This document shows, piece by piece, positions 1-8,957 of a stretch of DNA of 48,599 bases. A program made the translations under genes and the position numbers. How positions within the stretch are numbered: the first letter of the stretch is position 1; the number at the start of each line of letters is the position of its first letter. Source of the DNA: Clostridiales bacterium DTU032 (lineage in GTDB: Bacteria > Bacillota > Clostridia > Saccharofermentanales > DTU023). The notes under the pieces were generated by a model, which saw only the letters and a program-made list of their open reading frames with translations, was not told the origin of the DNA and made no database searches. Where the stretch lies: NCBI GenBank assembly GCA_001512745.1, contig LFSM01000111.1:7029-55627 (forward strand), read 5' to 3'.

Positions 1-166
1 AATATTTCCATTCTCCCTGCTTATTGATGCCGACAAGAATAAGATTGTAAGCAGTATTACTACTCAGAGTGTCAACAATAAAAGCTGCAGATTTACGGGA
101 AACTTCATGCTCAGGTGATTGTCCGCCAAAGAGGACTGCGATATTCAGTGTTTCTTTCATTATATT

Positions 167-715
167 TTAATCCAATGCTTTTTGATTTTCTTTTATATTG
201 ACCAGCATATTTGTCAGATGCTCTTCAAGGTTTTCCAGGATTTCCCGGGTATAGTTGAGAGCATTATTGCGGATATTTTCACTGTGCTGACTAGCTTCTT
301 CTATCATCAAGGAGGCAGCCTGCTGTGCTTGTTGTGTAACCTCATGTTCATCGATCATAGCTGCCATTTGTACTTCGGCGTCGCGAATAACTGCTTCAGC
401 CTCGCGTCTGGCTTCATTAATCAGCTGGTGATTTTGCTGCAGAACCCAGCGTGCACGTTCCAGTTCTTCGGGTAAGCTTTCACGGATCATACGCACCATA
501 TAAAGAAGCTCTTCACGATCCATCATACATTTGTTGCTGAAAGGAACATTACGGGCTTCCTCAACTGTATTCTCCAGTCTTTCCAGCAAAACTTCGACAC
601 TACGGTCTTGTCTGTTTTCTCCTCTGGGGTCAACCGGTATTCTTTGTGGACGGCGATTGGGTACGCCCTGTCTTTTTCCCCCTGTTCTGGTATTTCTTTG
701 ATCTTCCATATTCAA
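167..715 (-). CDS. SepIVA/DivIVA-like coiled-coil protein (often annotated ATPase or ATP synthase subunit-like)
   Basis: LERLENTVEEARNVPFS..DREELL..IRESLPEEL..A motif followed by a long A/E/Q-rich coiled coil; lies directly downstream of coaD. Confidence 0.7.
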   Translation of the reverse strand: MNMEDQRNTRTGGKRQGVPNRRPQRIPVDPRGENRQDRSVEVLLERLENTVEEARNVPFSNKCMMDREELLYMVRMIRESLPEELERARWVLQQNHQLINEARREAEAVIRDAEVQMAAMIDEHEVTQQAQQAASLMIEEASQHSENIRNNALNYTREILENLEEHLTNMLVNIKENQKALD

Positions 716-802
716 AAGCCTCCGCAGTATCTAATTGGTCACCATGTGGCGATTTATATTTGATTATATATCATTATTGTTTGCCTTACTAAGCAAATAA
801 AG

Positions 803-1339
803 CTAATCAGCGGCGTATCTGCGCTCTACTTCCCTGCAGACAGCTGCAGGTACATAAGGATCAAGTTTGACACCATAAGCCGCTAATTCTCTTACGGCAG
901 AAGAGCTGATACTGTCATAAGCTGCTGATGTTGTTAAAAACACAGTCTCAAGATCCGGATTCAGTTGCCTGTTCAGTCGTGCCATCTGTTTCTCCGACTC
1001 GAGATCAATAGATGTGCGCAAACCACGTAAGCAAATCCTGATGTTTTCCCGGCGGCAAAATTCAGCAAACAAACCTTGCCAGCCGCTGACCTTAACTCCC
1101 TCAAAATCCTGAACCGAAAGTTCGACCATCCTGATACGGTCAGCAAGGGGGACATGCACTTTTTTTGACTGGTTGTCAATTACAACAACTATGAGCTCAT
1201 CACATAATTTCAGACCGCGCCCGATCAGGTCCAAATGACCTTTCGTCATCGGATCAAAAGTTCCGGCATAGGCTATGCGGCGTAAGCCCCGGTCAGAGCC
1301 TGTAACACCTTCTAATAGGCTGTCATTAGTCTTTTTCAT
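803..1339 (-). CDS. coaD: Phosphopantetheine adenylyltransferase
   Basis: YAGTFDPMTKGH, RGLR and ISSSAVRE motifs; start trimmed to the ATG at 1339 that overlaps the rsmD end (start uncertain). Confidence 0.93.
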   Translation of the reverse strand: MKKTNDSLLEGVTGSDRGLRRIAYAGTFDPMTKGHLDLIGRGLKLCDELIVVVIDNQSKKVHVPLADRIRMVELSVQDFEGVKVSGWQGLFAEFCRRENIRICLRGLRTSIDLESEKQMARLNRQLNPDLETVFLTTSAAYDSISSSAVRELAAYGVKLDPYVPAAVCREVERRYAAD

Positions 1340-1889
1340 GATAGTAAAAGGATAGCATGGAGGCGCCGTATGTACAACTGCGGGACAGAAGCAGGTCGCC
1401 GCCAAGATTAGCGGGAATAGCCTGTTTTTGCTCGCTTTCCACAACGATTACACCGGCAGGAGTAAGCAAGGCAGGCAGGTCATTTTTAATCTTTTCGAGC
1501 AAGGAAGGCAGTGCCTGCCAGGGAGGATCCAGATAAATAAAGTCGAAGTTAAAGTTATTTTTAACCAATTTTTTCAGAAGTTTCACAGCATCATAGGTGT
1601 AAACCCTGACCTGGTCTGAAGTGCGGGTTTTTTCAATATTAGAAAACAGGGCTTTCAATGCATCGCGATCAGTCTCACAAAGGACAGCACCGGCAGCACC
1701 CCGGCTCAGTGCTTCTAAGGCTATCTGGCCACTGCCTGCGAACAGGTCCAGAACTCTTGCACCGTATATGTCGGCTCCGAGGATGGAAAACAAGGCTTCC
1801 TTTGCGCGATCAGAGGTCGGACGGGTGTCCTTGCCTGCAGGCGTCTGTAGATTTATACCTCTGAGTGAACCTGAAACAATTCTGGGCAT
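1326..1889 (-). CDS. rsmD: 16S rRNA m2G966 methyltransferase
   Basis: RPTSDRAKEALF, LDLFAGSG, EALSRGA and DPPW motifs; recG-rsmD-coaD synteny. Confidence 0.95.
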   Translation of the reverse strand: MPRIVSGSLRGINLQTPAGKDTRPTSDRAKEALFSILGADIYGARVLDLFAGSGQIALEALSRGAAGAVLCETDRDALKALFSNIEKTRTSDQVRVYTYDAVKLLKKLVKNNFNFDFIYLDPPWQALPSLLEKIKNDLPALLTPAGVIVVESEQKQAIPANLGGDLLLSRSCTYGASMLSFYYHEKD

Positions 1890-1899
1890 TCCGGACTCC

Positions 1900-3969
1900 T
1901 TAAATGGCAGGGTTTTTCAAACGCTCGGCATAACGTCTGTTAAACTCCGGCAAAATCAGCCGGTTCTCAGCAGTCTGCAGGAGGGGGTCTTCTGACAAGA
2001 TCTTCTCGGCAGCTCCGGCAGCTTCCACCAGCAAGCCGCTGTCACGGGATAAATCGCTGGCTTTGAAATCCGGCAATCCACTTTGACGCACTCCGAAGAA
2101 ATCACCGGGACCACGTAAACGGAGATCTTCTTCAGCTATCTTGAAGCCGTCCTTGTGGCGGCAGAGGGCTGTCAGACGTTTACGTGCAAATTCATCATCA
2201 CTGTCGCTCATCAGTATACAATAGGACTCGTAATGCGAACGCCCTACCCGTCCACGCATCTGATGCAGCTGGGCCAGTCCGAAACGTTCAGCGTTTTCCA
2301 CAATCAGGATGGTCGCCTCTTTCTGATCAATACCTACCTCGATGACACTGGTACTGACAAGGATATCTATTTCTCCGGCAGAGAGGGCACGCATGATGCT
2401 GTCCTTTTCCTGCGCCTTCATGCGGCCATGTAAAAGAGCCAGCCGCCGATGAGAAAAGCTGCCCTGCTTCAATCGGCCGAAGACCTCCTCGGCAGATTCC
2501 AGTTTTATATAATCTGAGCTTTCAATGGCAGGACATACAATATAGGCAATATGCCCTTTTTCTATTTCAGCTTCAATCATGCGCTCCACTCTGGGCCTGT
2601 CTTTGCTTCTGGCAGTATAGGTCAGAATTGGCTGCCGGCCTGCCGGCATGTCGCGCATCTCCGAAATATCCAGATCACCATAAAGTATCATGGCCAATGA
2701 GCGTGGTATGGGCGTTGCGGACATCACCAGAACATGGGGGTAGACGTCTTCCGTGCTGGTCAGATTGAGACGCTGCTCGACACCGAAGCGGTGCTGTTCA
2801 TCAGTGATACAAAGAGCCAGCTGCCTGTATTTAACATCCCCCGATATCAGGGCATGGGTTCCGACCAGACATTGAATTTCACCCGATTCAATTGCGCTGA
2901 GTGTCTCTCTCCTGACAGCAGCCGGCATACCGCCCAGGAGCAGACCGGTCTTGATGCCAAAAGCTTCAAAAAAACCAGTCAGACTTTCGAAATGCTGTTG
3001 GGCCAGGATGGAAGTCGGAGCCATCATAACTGACTGCTTGCCTGCCAGAGCCACCCGCGCCATTGCCAGCATTGCTACGGCTGTCTTGCCTGAACCGACA
3101 TCTCCCTGGATCAGCCGGTAGGCAGGGCAAGTCCGCTCCAGGTCACGCTTTATCGCTGCCAGAGTTTCCTGCTGTGATCCTGTCAATTCAAAAGCCAGGC
3201 TCTGCTCCATTTTCTGCAGCTGAGCCTCATCCTCTTTGGATAGAATGATGGCCTGTCTTTCCAGAAGTGTCCGCTCAGATTTTAGCGAGCGCAGTCCGGC
3301 CATAATGAGAAAAAGTTCTTCAAAGGCAAGGCGGCGCCTGCCTACTTCTGCTGCATGTCTGCTGGAAGGAAAGTGTATTTCCGAAAAAGCATAAGACTGT
3401 GAAGCAAGCTGGTGTTCACGTCTGCTTGCAGCAGGAAGAAATTCGCTGAACATCAGCCGGTCAGAGTCTAAGACTTGTCTTACGGCATCACGAACTATAT
3501 TCTGCGTCAGCCCCTCTGTCAGGGGGTATATGGGCAAAAGTGGCGGAAGGCCCCCGCCTTCGCGGAAGAATTGTGGATTTTGAACTGAAAAATAGCGGCC
3601 GGCACGTTTGATCCGTCCTCTGAAGAGAAAAGTGTCACCACGATTGATTTGCTTAGCCATCCAGGGCTGATTAAACCAGACTGCACTGATCACCCCTGTG
3701 TCATCTTGAAGTTTGACCACAGTCTGAGAGTTATTACCGCGCCGGTTAAGCTGCGGTATTGTAATCACGCTGCCCCTGAAGCAGGCAATATCATCATCTG
3801 CCAGGTCGCAGATATTACTGAGCTCGGACCAGTCTTCATAGTCACGCGGCAAATGCCAGAGCAAATCTTCACAAGTATGAATTGCCAGCTTAGAAAAAAG
3901 CGCGGCCCTCTTATCGGAAATGCCGCGCAATGCTGAGACTTTCTCGTCCAGAATGCTGCATTTAGACAC
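1900..3969 (-). CDS. recG: ATP-dependent DNA helicase RecG
   Basis: QGDVGSGKT, DEQHRFG, MSATPIPRS, QMRGRVGR and DLRLRGPG motifs; likely GTG start at 3969 after AAGGAGG. Confidence 0.96.
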   Translation of the reverse strand: MSKCSILDEKVSALRGISDKRAALFSKLAIHTCEDLLWHLPRDYEDWSELSNICDLADDDIACFRGSVITIPQLNRRGNNSQTVVKLQDDTGVISAVWFNQPWMAKQINRGDTFLFRGRIKRAGRYFSVQNPQFFREGGGLPPLLPIYPLTEGLTQNIVRDAVRQVLDSDRLMFSEFLPAASRREHQLASQSYAFSEIHFPSSRHAAEVGRRRLAFEELFLIMAGLRSLKSERTLLERQAIILSKEDEAQLQKMEQSLAFELTGSQQETLAAIKRDLERTCPAYRLIQGDVGSGKTAVAMLAMARVALAGKQSVMMAPTSILAQQHFESLTGFFEAFGIKTGLLLGGMPAAVRRETLSAIESGEIQCLVGTHALISGDVKYRQLALCITDEQHRFGVEQRLNLTSTEDVYPHVLVMSATPIPRSLAMILYGDLDISEMRDMPAGRQPILTYTARSKDRPRVERMIEAEIEKGHIAYIVCPAIESSDYIKLESAEEVFGRLKQGSFSHRRLALLHGRMKAQEKDSIMRALSAGEIDILVSTSVIEVGIDQKEATILIVENAERFGLAQLHQMRGRVGRSHYESYCILMSDSDDEFARKRLTALCRHKDGFKIAEEDLRLRGPGDFFGVRQSGLPDFKASDLSRDSGLLVEAAGAAEKILSEDPLLQTAENRLILPEFNRRYAERLKNPAI

Positions 3970-4627
3970 AGTCACCGGCCTCCTTGCCTTCCAGGTTCTG
4001 CTGAGAACCATAAGCACATAGCTGCCGCAAGGGACAGGCTACACAGTCTCTGCAGCGGGCTTTGCAGATGGTGCGGCCGTGGAAGACCATAAAATGTCCC
4101 CAGTCTGTGTAGGAATCCGGCGGCAGTACAGCTTCAAGCTCTCCTTCAATTTTGGCAGGATCCTTCTCGGCAGTCATGCCCAGGAGTCTGCTGATTCGGG
4201 CACAATGTGTGTCTACAACAACAGCTTGTTCACCAAAAGCATCTCCCAACATCAGGTTGGCAATCTTACGTCCCACTCCCGGCAATTCCATTAGTTGTTC
4301 CCGTGTCCGGGGTACCTGGCTCCCATGCTCCTCGGTTATTATCTCAGCAGAGCCCTTAATTGCTTTAGCCTTATTGCGATAAATGCCGCAGGCCCGGATT
4401 ATGTTCTCAATATCGGCCACATCAGCCTCGGCCATGTCAGCTATAGTTGGATATGCAGCAAAAAGATGTGGCGTGATCTTGTTTACACGTTCATCAGTGC
4501 ATTGCGAGGCCAGAATTCCTCCGACCAGAAGTTCCCAGGCTGAAGTTGCGTCCAATGTAGTTTCAACATCAGGATAAGTCTCATGTAAAATTTCAATAAT
4601 CTGCTTTGCGCGTTGTTTTTTATCCAT
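3962..4627 (-). CDS. nth: Endonuclease III
   Basis: HhH motif LPGVGRKIAN, VDTH, and C-terminal C-X6-C-X2-C-X5-C 4Fe-4S motif. Confidence 0.95.
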   Translation of the reverse strand: MDKKQRAKQIIEILHETYPDVETTLDATSAWELLVGGILASQCTDERVNKITPHLFAAYPTIADMAEADVADIENIIRACGIYRNKAKAIKGSAEIITEEHGSQVPRTREQLMELPGVGRKIANLMLGDAFGEQAVVVDTHCARISRLLGMTAEKDPAKIEGELEAVLPPDSYTDWGHFMVFHGRTICKARCRDCVACPLRQLCAYGSQQNLEGKEAGDCV

Positions 4628-5964
4628 TAATGCCTAGCTTGCTGCAGATAACTGGAAAATGCAAATTCTGTGTCTTCACTCGGCCGGTAAATTTTCATTA
4701 CGCAGTATGAGCCGATCGACATTTTGTTCATCGCTTCAATTAAATCTTCCGTTAACTCAGCTTTGTTATTATTAATCTCTAGTATTATATCACCTGCACG
4801 CAGGCCGGCAATATAAGCGGGACTGTTCAGCTGCACACAAGTAACATAGAGTCCTATCGGGTAATCATAGCGCTGGGAAGAGAGGGCCGCAAACTCATCA
4901 GTCATCACAGCGATACCTAAAGTTGCTGCGCGCACGGGAGGGTTTTCAACTACTTTTATAATGTAATCTACTACTTCCGCAATAATTGGTGCAGGCACTA
5001 TGTAAGTGCGGTAATCGAGATAGGAGTATTGGCTTGAGGCACTGCAGATACCTAAAACACGGCCATACTCATCCACTAAAGGAGCACCGGGAACTTTGTT
5101 CAAGGTTGGTACGTCAGATACAAAAAGTTCATAGTGCAAACCGTTTTCGCGCAGGCTGGGAACCTGAACACTCATGATATAGCCGGGAATCAGACTGCCC
5201 TGCATAACATAAGTATCAGGCGATGTAATAACTCCAATCGGAAGTCCTACCTTGACCTCGTTTGTTCTGCTTAATGGCTGCGCTATTAGTTTGCTGCTGT
5301 CAGGATCAATTTTCAAGATTGCAATATCACTCATTACGTCAAATCCATATAAAATTGCAGGAAATGGCTTGGTATGGCCATCTATATAGACTTCAACCGT
5401 AGCGCCTTCCATCAGAATCCCGCGATAATCGACAGCTTTGGCAAACATGGAATATGAACTTATGAGCAGACCCTCTTCATCAATAAGCAGTCCGGAAAAG
5501 ATTTCCTCTCTTTCCTGATATAAAGCTGAAGCAGGTATCTTTAATCTGACCGAAGCAACAGACGGATTAATTTTTTCAAAAATCTCAGTCCAGTCCAGAG
5601 CGACGGGTGCTTGCTCACTGTCAGTTGTAATGTTTGGTCTGCTGGCCGGAGTAACAGTGCCCGTCGGATCATCGCCGGATATATTGCTGCTTTTATTGCT
5701 TAAATCAGTAATTTCTGCAGTTGTTTCGGTCTTGCCGGTCAATTCAGCTTCACTTGTTCCGGACGTATTGGGTCCGCTGCCAGTTGAGCTCGGCTCATAA
5801 GATACAGGCAGAGTTTTCCTGGTTTCTGTTTTGGCACTCTCATTAAGTCCGGATGAGCCTGATGGTACTTCAAGGTTGTTGCCGGGGCCACAGCCGCTCA
5901 CACAGGTAAAAACAAGCAAAAATAAAACTACTATAAATTTGGCTTTAATTAGTTGCTTAAACAT
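4627..5964 (-). CDS. HtrA/S1C-like lipoprotein with PDZ domain; catalytic triad appears degenerate
   Basis: Lipobox VSGC (Cys25), S/T-rich linker, EKINPSVASV, DIAILKID, GAPLVD..GRVLGI, and PDZ motif SPAYIAGLRAGDIILEIN. Confidence 0.8.
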   Translation of the reverse strand: MFKQLIKAKFIVVLFLLVFTCVSGCGPGNNLEVPSGSSGLNESAKTETRKTLPVSYEPSSTGSGPNTSGTSEAELTGKTETTAEITDLSNKSSNISGDDPTGTVTPASRPNITTDSEQAPVALDWTEIFEKINPSVASVRLKIPASALYQEREEIFSGLLIDEEGLLISSYSMFAKAVDYRGILMEGATVEVYIDGHTKPFPAILYGFDVMSDIAILKIDPDSSKLIAQPLSRTNEVKVGLPIGVITSPDTYVMQGSLIPGYIMSVQVPSLRENGLHYELFVSDVPTLNKVPGAPLVDEYGRVLGICSASSQYSYLDYRTYIVPAPIIAEVVDYIIKVVENPPVRAATLGIAVMTDEFAALSSQRYDYPIGLYVTCVQLNSPAYIAGLRAGDIILEINNNKAELTEDLIEAMNKMSIGSYCVMKIYRPSEDTEFAFSSYLQQARH

Positions 5965-6079
5965 TAATTAAGATTATCCTTTCAGTAGCTTTTGCTGGTC
6001 AGGAGCGATTTTTTCAGAATAGCTTCAAGCCCTATCTTACGAAAAATTAATGTATATAATATGAACAATCCTTTATGTA

Positions 6080-7594
6080 TCAAGGACTTTCCAAGGTAAA
6101 CAAGATACCTACTCCACCTAAATCAGAGTGATAGGCCTTTATTATCTGACCATGTCTCTTGACCAGGGTGCGTGCGATATATAATCCTAAACCCGATCCT
6201 TCGGTAGAACGGGAACGTTCAGCTTTATAGAAACGATCGAAGATATAAGGGATATCTTCATCAGAAATACCTTGACCATTGTCTTCAACAGCAATCTGCA
6301 CCAGACGGTTTTCAAGCCTTGTGCTCACTAGAACCAGGCCTGAATGCGGTGCAAAGCGAATCGCGTTTGTCAGAATATTGCTCAGAACCCTCGTGATGGC
6401 ATCCTCATCAGCTATTACCATATAGCCGGTCCCCTCACCATCAGAAAGCTGCAACTCAAGGGTGAGATTTTTTTCCATCAGCAGGGGTTCAAGCGAATCC
6501 ACAACACGAATGATCAGATTGTTTATATTGAAAACGCTGCGGTTCAATGCATTGACACTTCCTTCAACAGTCTGCTCAAACAAAGTATCAATCAATTGAC
6601 GCAAACGCTCTGTTTCTGATTTTACAATGTCCAGATAATGCGAATAACGTTCAGGTGAAATAGTGCCATCCCGCATTGCTTCAATAAAACCATGAATTGA
6701 TGTGACGGGAGTTCTCAAATCGTGGGAAATGCTGCTGAGGAAATCAGATTGTTGCTGCTCCTGCTCTTCAAATTTAGCGATCAGGGTATTGAAAGTCCGA
6801 ACCAGGATAGTCAGATCATCCTCACGGCCGGGCAGATTGTCACTGACATCATAAAGAGTCAGAGGCCGCTCCTCTTTTCCCAGTTTGGCCCGGGCGCTCA
6901 AGTCACCTTTATACACTTTATCTGCTGTTTTGGCTAAAGCAGAAATAGGTTCTGTAATACTGCGCGAGATAATTAAAATGATTATCAGGGATAAAAGGAA
7001 AGCAATAAAGAAGGAAATCGGAATGCTTTTTTCCTGCAAAAAACCTGTGAAGCTGTCGGGTCTGGTATGCCGCAGTAAGAGTACTTCACCTGTATATACT
7101 CTCGTATAGCCGGGTAAGGGGCTGCTGGCGGCCAGCCAGGAAGCGGAGTCAGGCAGGTAGTCTTTCAGGCCGGTATCTGAAGCTGTGCAGCTATAGCTTC
7201 TGCCTCCCCTGTTTGTCAGCTCATCAGGCAGGATATAGTATCGTTCTGCGCTGTCGTATTCCAGTTGTTCCAGCAGATTTGCCGGCAGGCCGGTATCGTA
7301 TACTATGCGATTGTCGCCATCAATAATACAGACAATGGCACCGGTAGACCTGGCTGCAAATGTCCAGTATCCCGTAACTTCAGATGTAACAAAAACTCTG
7401 CCGCCCGCAGACATATGGCGAGCAGTAAGATCGGCTATCTCATTTGAATTGCGCTCCAGTTCATCCAGCCGCAACTGCTTTGAGCTTGCAGAAGAAATCG
7501 AAGTATAGGCAACTGCCAAAAATGCGAAAATAATTAGAATTGCCAGTGAAATGCTGACAAAAGTCCTGCCATAGATTGACAGACGGTGTTTCAT
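6080..7594 (-). CDS. Membrane sensor histidine kinase (HAMP-HisKA-HATPase)
   Basis: Two TM segments, H-box SHDLRTP, N-box NILTNAIRF, DNGQGI, GSGLGLYI. Confidence 0.95.
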   Translation of the reverse strand: MKHRLSIYGRTFVSISLAILIIFAFLAVAYTSISSASSKQLRLDELERNSNEIADLTARHMSAGGRVFVTSEVTGYWTFAARSTGAIVCIIDGDNRIVYDTGLPANLLEQLEYDSAERYYILPDELTNRGGRSYSCTASDTGLKDYLPDSASWLAASSPLPGYTRVYTGEVLLLRHTRPDSFTGFLQEKSIPISFFIAFLLSLIIILIISRSITEPISALAKTADKVYKGDLSARAKLGKEERPLTLYDVSDNLPGREDDLTILVRTFNTLIAKFEEQEQQQSDFLSSISHDLRTPVTSIHGFIEAMRDGTISPERYSHYLDIVKSETERLRQLIDTLFEQTVEGSVNALNRSVFNINNLIIRVVDSLEPLLMEKNLTLELQLSDGEGTGYMVIADEDAITRVLSNILTNAIRFAPHSGLVLVSTRLENRLVQIAVEDNGQGISDEDIPYIFDRFYKAERSRSTEGSGLGLYIARTLVKRHGQIIKAYHSDLGGVGILFTLESP

Positions 7595-8319
7595 CAGCCC
7601 CTGACCTCGAACTTATAGCCAACACTCCAGATTGTTTTAATATTCCAGTCAGGATGATCAATAAGATCCAGTTTTTCGCGAAGACGCTTGATATGAACGT
7701 CAACGGTACGAGGTTCACCGTAGTAATCAAAGCCCCAGATATTTTCCAAAATCTGGCTCCGGGTAAATACACGGTTGGGATGAGATGCAAGAAAATACAA
7801 AAGCTCGAGCTCCTTGGGAGGGAAACTTAATTCCTCATCATTCAAACGTACCAGATATTGTGTCCGATTGATTTCCAGACCGGGATAAGAAATAACATCA
7901 TCCCCGCTTTGCTGACTATCACTTGAAGAAAACACCTTGCTTTTTGATGCACGCCGCAAGACAGCTTTTACACGCGCAATCAGCTCTTTCGGTTCAAAGG
8001 GCTTGGCAATATAGTCGTCCGCTCCTAACTCCAGACCAACTATTTTGTCCAGAGTATCACCACGTGCTGTTAGCATAATTACAGGGACAGAACTGTAGCG
8101 GCGCAATTCGCGCATAACATCAAAACCGCTCATTCCCGGAAGCATCAGGTCCAGAATCAGAACATCAGGATCGAGCTGCTGCACGCGATCTATAACCTCG
8201 TCGCCGCGAAAACAGACGTCAACCCGGAAGCCTTCATTTTCAAAATACAGCTTGAGCAATTCTCCTATATGGGGATCATCATCTACGATCAATACTGTCT
8301 TCTCAGGATTAATTTCCAT
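7594..8319 (-). CDS. OmpR/PhoB-family response regulator
   Basis: LIVDDD, LDLMLP, GADDYIAKPF, RTVDVHIKRLREKL; TGATG overlap with the kinase; start could instead be the GTG at 8364. Confidence 0.95.
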   Translation of the reverse strand: MEINPEKTVLIVDDDPHIGELLKLYFENEGFRVDVCFRGDEVIDRVQQLDPDVLILDLMLPGMSGFDVMRELRRYSSVPVIMLTARGDTLDKIVGLELGADDYIAKPFEPKELIARVKAVLRRASKSKVFSSSDSQQSGDDVISYPGLEINRTQYLVRLNDEELSFPPKELELLYFLASHPNRVFTRSQILENIWGFDYYGEPRTVDVHIKRLREKLDLIDHPDWNIKTIWSVGYKFEVRG

Positions 8320-8393
8320 CACCGTCCGATTTCTAGCACAAATATCTGCGATGTTAACAATCACATCTCAAAATAACTCTTCACATCTGATTA

Positions 8394-8861
8394 TTATATG
8401 TTATTAGCCCCCGCTTTGAACAGATCGCCCAATTCTTCTAAAAAGGAGGAAACATCGGCAAATTCTCTATAGACTGAGGCAAAGCGTATATACGCGACTT
8501 CATCAATACCCCGAAGCTGCTCCAGTACAAGTTCTCCTATCTCGGAACTGGGAATTTCACGCCGCAATTTATTACCTTCGCTTTGTTCGATAGTATGAAC
8601 AATCTCCTCAATCTGAGCAGTTGTAACCGGCCGTTTTTCACAACTCTTCATGATACCGGCAATCAATTTTTCACGATCAAAAGGCTGCCTGCTGCCGTCC
8701 TTCTTAATCACCATCAGGGGCATGAGCTCGACACGTTCATAAGTAGTAAAGCGCTCACCGCACTTGCAGCACTCACGACGCCTGCGAATAGTACTGTCGT
8801 CGTCTGATGGACGCGAATCAATTACCTTGTTATCACTAAATTTGCAATAAGGACAACGCAT
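8394..8861 (-). CDS. nrdR: Transcriptional repressor NrdR
   Basis: MRCPYC..VIDSR..IRRRREC..C..RFTTYE zinc ribbon, ATP cone, VAYIRFASVYREF. Confidence 0.97.
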   Translation of the reverse strand: MRCPYCKFSDNKVIDSRPSDDDSTIRRRRECCKCGERFTTYERVELMPLMVIKKDGSRQPFDREKLIAGIMKSCEKRPVTTAQIEEIVHTIEQSEGNKLRREIPSSEIGELVLEQLRGIDEVAYIRFASVYREFADVSSFLEELGDLFKAGANNI

Positions 8862-8890
8862 TATTTCCTCCCGGCTGCTTAGCTAAATGT

Positions 8891-8929
8891 AAAATGACGC
8901 GACCTGATACAAGACCCGGCCGCGTCATT
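8891..8929 (-). terminator. Probable intrinsic terminator after ftsZ
   Basis: AATGACGCG...CGCGTCATT inverted repeat, followed on the minus strand by TTTTACATTT. Confidence 0.5.
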
Positions 8930-8957
8930 AAAATCCTTAAACATATCACCTGCAAGC

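Noticed and set aside
1-11. Start of a minus-strand gene (ATG at 11 after GGGAGA)
   Set aside because: Only three codons are visible, so no product can be supported
1340-1444. Signal-peptide-like N-terminal extension on CoaD
   Set aside because: Lies inside rsmD in another frame; CoaD is cytoplasmic and a coupled ATG exists at 1339
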